This document shows, piece after piece, positions 7,385-12,552 of a stretch of 12,552 bases of DNA. The first letter of the stretch is position 1; each line of letters starts with the position of its first letter. Below the pieces are notes generated by a model, which was not told the DNA's origin, searched no databases, and worked only from the letters and a program-made list of their open reading frames with translations. The stretch is taken from the UHGV virus genome UHGV-1671563, one strand, 5' to 3'. Made by a program: the position numbers and the translations under genes. This DNA comes from a virus.

Positions 7385-8458
7385 TTACGCTCCCGGCTCT
7401 GCGGTCGCCTTAGCCGGTGTGGAGAAATCACCGACCTTAATTTTTTCCACCAGACAACCGGCGGCGTAGTCTTCCACCACGTAATCAATGTTCATTGACT
7501 CGTAGTTCTCCACGCGGTCGAGTTTCGGGTTTTCCACAATCACGCGGCGATGGCTGTCATCCATGTAGTAGATGGACAGGTTTTCCAGCTTCGTGATGAG
7601 CATCGCATCCGCCGGGAAGTACGGGACGCGTACCGCCGGCAGGTTACCGATGCGTTTCTGGCTGATGATGACGTCAGCGGCCAGCATTTCGCTGTTGTCC
7701 TGCTCCTTGTTGACGATGGGGAAATACTTGTCCGCCAGTAGCTGACGCCCTACAATCACCACAAGGTCAGGGTCTTCCTGATACCACGGCTCAATCAGGT
7801 TGTTGGTCGCATCCATCACCAGTGCATCGAGGCTGGCATAATCACCGCCCTTACCCACGCGGATGACCTCAGAGGTCGTGTGACCTTCCTCGTCAGTAAC
7901 CTTGCTCATCACGCGCGCCGGGGCTTCATTGCGGTATTTCTGCAGCCAGCCGACCGCCACATCCTGCAGCATCGGGTTACTGCTGCGGTCAGAGGTTTCG
8001 GCACGCTTCACGCCGTTAAAACCGGCCATGATTAAATCAAGGGACTGGCGTTTGATAATGGCGTTACGGACACGGAGCTGGAAATCCTGATAACGCGCCC
8101 ACAGGTCCAGCGTTTTGTAGCGGATATAAAAATCGAAGTTAATCTGGTCGCATTCGTACTTGTTTGACGCCAGCTTCGAGAAGTCCTTCGGCTGACGCTC
8201 GGTGCCACCGGCGGTGTCGGTGGTGCTGGCGATGGAGCCGGTGACACCGATGCCAATTTTTTCCCCTTTCATTTCGCTGACCGGCACAATGTTGATGCGG
8301 GTCAGAAAGTCAGAGGACTCCTGCATGGTGTTCATCAGGGTCTGGGTGACCGACGGTTCAACGGTGAATTTTTTCGACACATCACCGGCGTCGATGCCGT
8401 TCAGTTCGGCAACACGGGACAGGTAGGCATTAAATTTAAAGCGGGTTTCCTGGCGCAT
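7385..8458 (-). CDS. N: Major capsid protein gpN precursor (357 aa)
   Basis: 357-aa ORF equal to P2 gpN in length, between O and M; AGGA RBS upstream. Confidence 0.95.
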   Translation of the reverse strand: MRQETRFKFNAYLSRVAELNGIDAGDVSKKFTVEPSVTQTLMNTMQESSDFLTRINIVPVSEMKGEKIGIGVTGSIASTTDTAGGTERQPKDFSKLASNKYECDQINFDFYIRYKTLDLWARYQDFQLRVRNAIIKRQSLDLIMAGFNGVKRAETSDRSSNPMLQDVAVGWLQKYRNEAPARVMSKVTDEEGHTTSEVIRVGKGGDYASLDALVMDATNNLIEPWYQEDPDLVVIVGRQLLADKYFPIVNKEQDNSEMLAADVIISQKRIGNLPAVRVPYFPADAMLITKLENLSIYYMDDSHRRVIVENPKLDRVENYESMNIDYVVEDYAAGCLVEKIKVGDFSTPAKATAEPGA

Positions 8459-8516
8459 AGTTTTTCCTGAAATTAAGGGTTAATCGTGAAGGTTTTCCCG
8501 GACTGACTGACGCCGG

Positions 8517-9371
8517 TCAGCAGTTCGTCATCAGGGCGTCACCGCCACCACCGGTGGCCTTGCTGCGGCGCTGCTGGGTCAGACTTTCGGTGTTGTCGAG
8601 ACTGTTTTTCAGGCGGGTGAATGCCTGGCTGGTTTCATCCGCCCTGTCAGTCACCTCCTGCTTAAGAGCGGAAAAGGCAGTTTCCATCTCAGCGAGGCGC
8701 TGCTCAGTGGCGCTCAGTTTTTCCTGCACATGTTCAGCAACAGCGGTCACCGCTTCATGCACGTCATTCAGACGGGCGTCATCGCTGGCCTGTTTGCGGC
8801 CAAAAATGGATTTCACCTTTTCGGTCAGGGCGGTGAACACGGTTTCAGGCAGGTCTTCAAATTCCAGCTCAACAGGCGTTGCCACTGAAATCAGGTTTTC
8901 AGGGCTTAATTTGAAGCGGTTCAGGGGGTTGTGTTTTGCCGTGCGGCAGAATTCCAGGTATTCCGTGCCGAGGCTTGCCGGGTCATCTGTGACGGCCAGC
9001 CCTACCAGATAACATTTGCCGGTGTTGGCAAAGTTCGGCTGAATTTCCATTGAGGTGTAGACCTTCTGCGCGGCCTTGTTCATCGCGATAAGGTCATCGG
9101 TCGGGGTGATTTTCGCAAACAGCGCCCATTTGCCTTTCAGCGCCGAATCATCGTCAATCTTTTCGGCCTTCAGTTCGACCACATCGCCATAACGCTTAAA
9201 AATACCGTCAGGCAGAATGCCGCGCAGATGTTCCAGGTTAATGCGGCAACCATAGACTCGCGGGTCAAAGGTTTCGGCCATTTCCTGAATATCCTGCGCA
9301 CTGATGACACGCCCGTCACAGGTGTCACCCTCAACGCCGATACGAAAGAATTTTGAGACTTTTTTTGCCAT
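8517..9371 (-). CDS. O: Capsid scaffolding protein gpO (284 aa; in P2 this protein also has maturation protease activity)
   Basis: ORF track frame is 306 aa; start assigned to the internal Met (MAKKVSKFFRIGVEGDTCDGRV...) at 9371..9369, giving 284 aa as in P2 gpO; first gene of the minus-strand late operon. Confidence 0.9.
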   Translation of the reverse strand: MAKKVSKFFRIGVEGDTCDGRVISAQDIQEMAETFDPRVYGCRINLEHLRGILPDGIFKRYGDVVELKAEKIDDDSALKGKWALFAKITPTDDLIAMNKAAQKVYTSMEIQPNFANTGKCYLVGLAVTDDPASLGTEYLEFCRTAKHNPLNRFKLSPENLISVATPVELEFEDLPETVFTALTEKVKSIFGRKQASDDARLNDVHEAVTAVAEHVQEKLSATEQRLAEMETAFSALKQEVTDRADETSQAFTRLKNSLDNTESLTQQRRSKATGGGGDALMTNC

Positions 9372-9544
9372 TGTCAGGAGTCCTGAATAGTGATTAGAGG
9401 AGTCACATGTCGGCATCAGTTTCCCGACGATGCGCATCCTCCGCCATCAGTCCCGGATGGCTTATCACTGACACAACAGCACCTTAGCGAATCGCGGGAC
9501 GCGACTCAGTAGCCTTGCCGTGTATTCATCACGGCGAGGTATTC
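9372..9544. promoter_or_regulatory. O/P divergent intergenic control region (expected divergent late promoters, P2 PO and PP, activated by Ogr-type zinc-finger activator)
   Basis: 173-bp non-coding region between divergently oriented O and P starts. Contains short dyads read by eye (CAGGA-g-TCCTG 9375..9385; GTGA-N9-TCAC 9390..9406; GTCGG-N10-CCGAC 9409..9428; CCATC-N7-GATGG 9444..9460). Promoter elements not resolved precisely. Confidence 0.5.
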
Positions 9545-11317
9545 ATGACCATCACCACAGACACCACTCTTTTACACGACCCGCGTCGTCAGGCGGCGCT
9601 GCTGTACTGGCAGGGGTTTTCCGTGCCGCAGATTGCCGCCATGTTGCAGATGAAACGCCCGACGGTGCAGAGCTGGAAACAGCGCGACGGCTGGGACAGC
9701 GTTGCCCCCATCAGCCGTGTCGAAATGAGTCTGGAAGCGCGGCTGACCCAGCTCATCATCAAACCGCAGAAAACCGGCGGTGACTTCAAGGAAATTGACC
9801 TGCTGGGACGCCAGATTGAACGACTGGCACGGGTAAACCGTTACAGTCAGACCGGCAACGAGGCAGACCTTAATCCGAACGTCGCTAACCGCAACAAAGG
9901 CGGGCGCCGCAAACCGAAAAAGAATTTTTTCAGTGACGAGGCCATCGAAAAGCTGGAGCAGATTTTCTTTGAGCAGTCTTTTGAATATCAGTTGCACTGG
10001 TATCGCGCCGGGCTTGAGCACCGCATCCGCGATATCCTGAAATCCCGCCAGATTGGCGCGACGTTTTATTTTTCCCGCGAGGCGCTGCTGCGCGCCCTGA
10101 AAACCGGTCATAACCAGATTTTTCTGTCGGCCAGTAAAACGCAGGCGTATGTGTTCCGCGAATACATCATCGCCTTTGCCCGTCTGGTTGACGTTGACCT
10201 GACCGGTGACCCGATTGTCCTGGGCAATAACGGCGCAAAACTGATTTTTCTCGGCACCAACTCCAACACCGCACAGAGCCATAACGGCGACCTGTACGTC
10301 GACGAGATTTTCTGGATCCCGAATTTTCAGGTACTGCGTAAGGTGGCATCAGGTATGGCCTCACAGAGTCACCTGCGCTCGACCTATTTCTCCACCCCGT
10401 CCACGCTGGCGCACGACGCCTACCCGTTCTGGTCGGGGGAACTGTTTAACCGGGGACGCGCCAGCGCCGCTGAACGCGTGGAAATCGACGTCAGTCATAA
10501 CGCCCTTGCCGGTGGGCTTCTCTGTGCGGACGGCCAGTGGCGGCAGATTGTCACCATTGAGGACGCGCTGAAAGGCGGCTGCACGCTGTTCGACATTGAG
10601 CAGCTCAAACGCGAAAACAGCGCCGACGATTTTAAAAACCTGTTCATGTGTGAATTTGTTGACGACAAGGCATCGGTGTTCCCGTTCGAGGAGCTGCAAC
10701 GCTGCATGGTCGACACGCTGGAAGAATGGGAAGACTATGCGCCGTTTGCCGCCAATCCGTTCGGCTCCCGACCGGTATGGATTGGTTACGACCCGTCACA
10801 CCGTGGCGACAGCGCCGGATGCGTGGTACTGGCACCGCCGGTGGTGGCCGGTGGCAAATTCAGAATACTTGAGCGTCACCAGTGGAAAGGCATGGACTTT
10901 GCCACCCAGGCAGAATCCATCCGCAAACTCACCGAAAAATACAACGTCGAATACATCGGTATTGATGCCACCGGACTCGGTGTCGGCGTGTTCCAGCTCG
11001 TGCGCTCGTTCTATCCCGCCGCGCGCGATATCCGCTACACGCCGGAAATGAAAACCGCAATGGTGCTCAAGGCAAAAGACGTCATCCGCCGTGGCTGTCT
11101 GGAATATGACGTCAGCGCCACCGACATCACCAGCTCGTTTATGGCTATCCGCAAGACCATGACCAGCAGCGGACGCAGCGCCACCTATGAGGCCAGCCGC
11201 AGCGAGGAAGCCAGCCACGCCGACCTCGCCTGGGCGACCATGCACGCCCTGTTAAATGAGCCACTCACCGCCGGTATCAGCACCCCGCTGACATCCACCA
11301 TTCTGGAGTTTTACTGA
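9545..11317 (+). CDS. P: Terminase large (ATPase/nuclease) subunit gpP (590 aa)
   Basis: ORF track frame is 600 aa; start assigned to the ATG at 9545 (MTITTDTTLLHDPRR..., GAGG RBS 8-11 nt upstream), giving 590 aa as in P2 gpP. Contains a lambda gpA-like deviant Walker A (KSRQIGAT) and a Walker B-like DLYVDE. Confidence 0.95.
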   Translation: MTITTDTTLLHDPRRQAALLYWQGFSVPQIAAMLQMKRPTVQSWKQRDGWDSVAPISRVEMSLEARLTQLIIKPQKTGGDFKEIDLLGRQIERLARVNRYSQTGNEADLNPNVANRNKGGRRKPKKNFFSDEAIEKLEQIFFEQSFEYQLHWYRAGLEHRIRDILKSRQIGATFYFSREALLRALKTGHNQIFLSASKTQAYVFREYIIAFARLVDVDLTGDPIVLGNNGAKLIFLGTNSNTAQSHNGDLYVDEIFWIPNFQVLRKVASGMASQSHLRSTYFSTPSTLAHDAYPFWSGELFNRGRASAAERVEIDVSHNALAGGLLCADGQWRQIVTIEDALKGGCTLFDIEQLKRENSADDFKNLFMCEFVDDKASVFPFEELQRCMVDTLEEWEDYAPFAANPFGSRPVWIGYDPSHRGDSAGCVVLAPPVVAGGKFRILERHQWKGMDFATQAESIRKLTEKYNVEYIGIDATGLGVGVFQLVRSFYPAARDIRYTPEMKTAMVLKAKDVIRRGCLEYDVSATDITSSFMAIRKTMTSSGRSATYEASRSEEASHADLAWATMHALLNEPLTAGISTPLTSTILEFY

Positions 11318-12351
11318 TGAGCAAGAAAAAAGGGAAAACACCGCAGCCAGCGGTGAAAACAATGACCGCCAGCGCCCCGAAAATGGAGGCATTCACCTTT
11401 GGTGAGCCGGTGCCGGTACTCGACCGCCGTGACATTCTGGATTACGTCGAGTGCATCAGTAACGGCAGATGGTATGAGCCACCGGTCAGCTTTACCGGTC
11501 TGGCAAAAAGCCTGCGTGCTGCCGTGCATCACAGCTCACCGATTTACGTCAAACGTAATATTCTGGCTTCAACGTTTATCCCGCACCCGTGGCTGTCCCA
11601 GCAGGATTTCAGCCGCTTTGTGCTGGATTTTCTGGTATTTGGTAATGCGTTTCTGGAAAAGCGTTACAGCACCACCGGTAAGGTCATCAGACTGGAAACC
11701 TCACCGGCAAAATATACCCGCCGTGGCGTGGAAGAGGATGTTTACTGGTGGGTGCCGTCCTTCCATGAGCCGACACCTTTCGCGCCCGGCTCCGTGTTTC
11801 ACCTGCTGGAGCCGGATATTAATCAGGAGCTGTACGGCCTGCCGGAATATCTCAGCGCCCTTAACTCTGCCTGGCTGAATGAGTCGGCCACGCTGTTCCG
11901 CCGCAAGTATTACGAAAATGGCGCACATGCCGGATACATCATGTACGTCACCGATGCCGTGCAGGATCGCAACGATATCGAAATGCTCCGCGAAAACATG
12001 GTGAAGTCGAAAGGCCGCAACAACTTTAAAAATCTGTTTCTCTATGCCCCACAGGGGAAAGCCGACGGCATTAAAATTATCCCCCTCAGTGAAGTGGCGA
12101 CGAAGGACGATTTTTTTAATATCAAAAAAGCCAGCGCCACTGACCTGCTGGACGCGCACCGCATCCCCTTTCAGTTGATGGGCGGCAAGCCGGAGAACGT
12201 CGGGTCGCTGGGTGATATTGAGAAAGTGGCAAAGGTCTTTGTCCGCAATGAGCTTATCCCGTTACAGGACAGGATTCGGGAAATAAACGACTGGCTCGGT
12301 CAGGAGGTCATCCGCTTTAAAAACTACTCACTGGACACTGACAACGGCTGA
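11317..12351 (+). CDS. Q: Portal protein gpQ (344 aa)
   Basis: 344-aa ORF (MSKKKGKTPQPAVKTMTASAPKMEAFTFGEPVPVLDRRDILDYVE...) equal to P2 gpQ in length; start overlaps P stop (TGATG); last gene before cos as in P2. Confidence 0.95.
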   Translation: MSKKKGKTPQPAVKTMTASAPKMEAFTFGEPVPVLDRRDILDYVECISNGRWYEPPVSFTGLAKSLRAAVHHSSPIYVKRNILASTFIPHPWLSQQDFSRFVLDFLVFGNAFLEKRYSTTGKVIRLETSPAKYTRRGVEEDVYWWVPSFHEPTPFAPGSVFHLLEPDINQELYGLPEYLSALNSAWLNESATLFRRKYYENGAHAGYIMYVTDAVQDRNDIEMLRENMVKSKGRNNFKNLFLYAPQGKADGIKIIPLSEVATKDDFFNIKKASATDLLDAHRIPFQLMGGKPENVGSLGDIEKVAKVFVRNELIPLQDRIREINDWLGQEVIRFKNYSLDTDNG

Positions 12352-12355
12352 ACAT

Positions 12356-12378
12356 CGCCGCCTGCGGGCGGCTTTTTT
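12356..12378 (+). terminator. Rho-independent terminator after Q
   Basis: GC stem GCCGCC (12357..12362), loop TGCG, stem GGCGGC (12367..12372), followed by six T (12373..12378), starting 5 nt after the Q stop codon. Confidence 0.75.
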
Positions 12379-12520
12379 ACACCCCGTCATCACGCCCTCA
12401 CACGCTCATCACCGCACAAAAAATCCCGCAGACACACCAACGCCCCAGCAGGCCAAGTAAACGCCTTCACGACGCGCTCAGACGCTGAAAAAATAAAATC
12501 AGCACCACCGCCAGCGCGCA

Positions 12521-12539
12521 GTGCTTTCCCCGCCTCGCC
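12521..12539. other. cosN: P2-type 19-nt cohesive-end site (reverse complement of GGCGAGGCGGGGAAAGCAC)
   Basis: Window reads gtgctttccccgcctcgcc at 12521..12539, the reverse complement of the P2 left cohesive end as I recall it. The distance to the Q stop (about 190 bp) fits the P2 left-end layout. Confidence 0.7.
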
Positions 12540-12552
12540 CGCCCGCTTCATG

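Noticed and set aside
9515-9544. Ten-codon N-terminal extension of P in the ORF track (MPCIHHGEVF...); similar upstream extensions for O (to 9437), L (to 6598) and X (to 6098)
   Set aside because: The downstream ATGs have better RBS spacing, reproduce the P2 protein lengths exactly, and (for L and X) coincide with stop/start overlaps of the preceding gene. The extensions run into intergenic or upstream-gene sequence.
9372-9544. Exact Ogr-type TGT-N12-ACA element in the O/P intergenic region
   Set aside because: I checked each TGT and ACA in the region by hand and found no exact match; only the imperfect dyads listed in the findings. Reported as unresolved, not as a called site.
9572-10282. 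236-aa minus-strand ORF (and 10796..11245, 149 aa) antisense to large terminase P
   Set aside because: Opposite strand of a recognised, motif-bearing gene; no support beyond absence of stops.
12480-12520. Possible IHF site in the A-rich stretch next to cos
   Set aside because: aATCAGcaccacc matches only the first half of the WATCAANNNNTTR consensus; not supportable.
1-12552. CRISPR array, tRNA/tmRNA, IS element, integrase or attachment site
   Set aside because: No regularly spaced direct repeats, no cloverleaf-like candidates in the intergenic gaps, no terminal inverted repeats flanking a transposase-like ORF, and no recombinase ORF. Every sizeable ORF is accounted for by a P2 structural or lysis gene.

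Overview
This 12.5-kb window is the late (morphogenesis plus lysis) module of a P2-type temperate myophage (Peduovirus-like), read in the opposite orientation to the conventional P2 map. The minus strand carries, tightly packed and mostly with overlapping start/stop codons: H (tail fibre, first 226 codons only, gene runs off the window start), I, J, W, V (baseplate), S, R (tail completion), lysC and lysB (spanins), lysA, K (lambda R-type endolysin), Y (holin), X, L (head completion), M (small terminase), N (major capsid) and O (scaffold). A 173-bp divergent control region separates O from the plus-strand genes P (large terminase) and Q (portal), which are followed by an intrinsic terminator and the 19-nt P2-type cohesive-end site (cosN) 13 bp before the window end. 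Gene order and protein lengths match phage P2 one for one. I see no inserted cargo gene, RNA gene, CRISPR array, IS element, integrase or att site, so I do not find a novel system inside these coordinates. The best leads are regulatory (a perfect 9-bp inverted repeat in the S-V spacer, the O/P divergent region) and positional (the window stops at cos, next to the region that carries variable anti-phage cargo in P2-like phages). All protein identifications rest on my recall of P2 and lambda protein sequences plus features read from the sequence; no database search was run.
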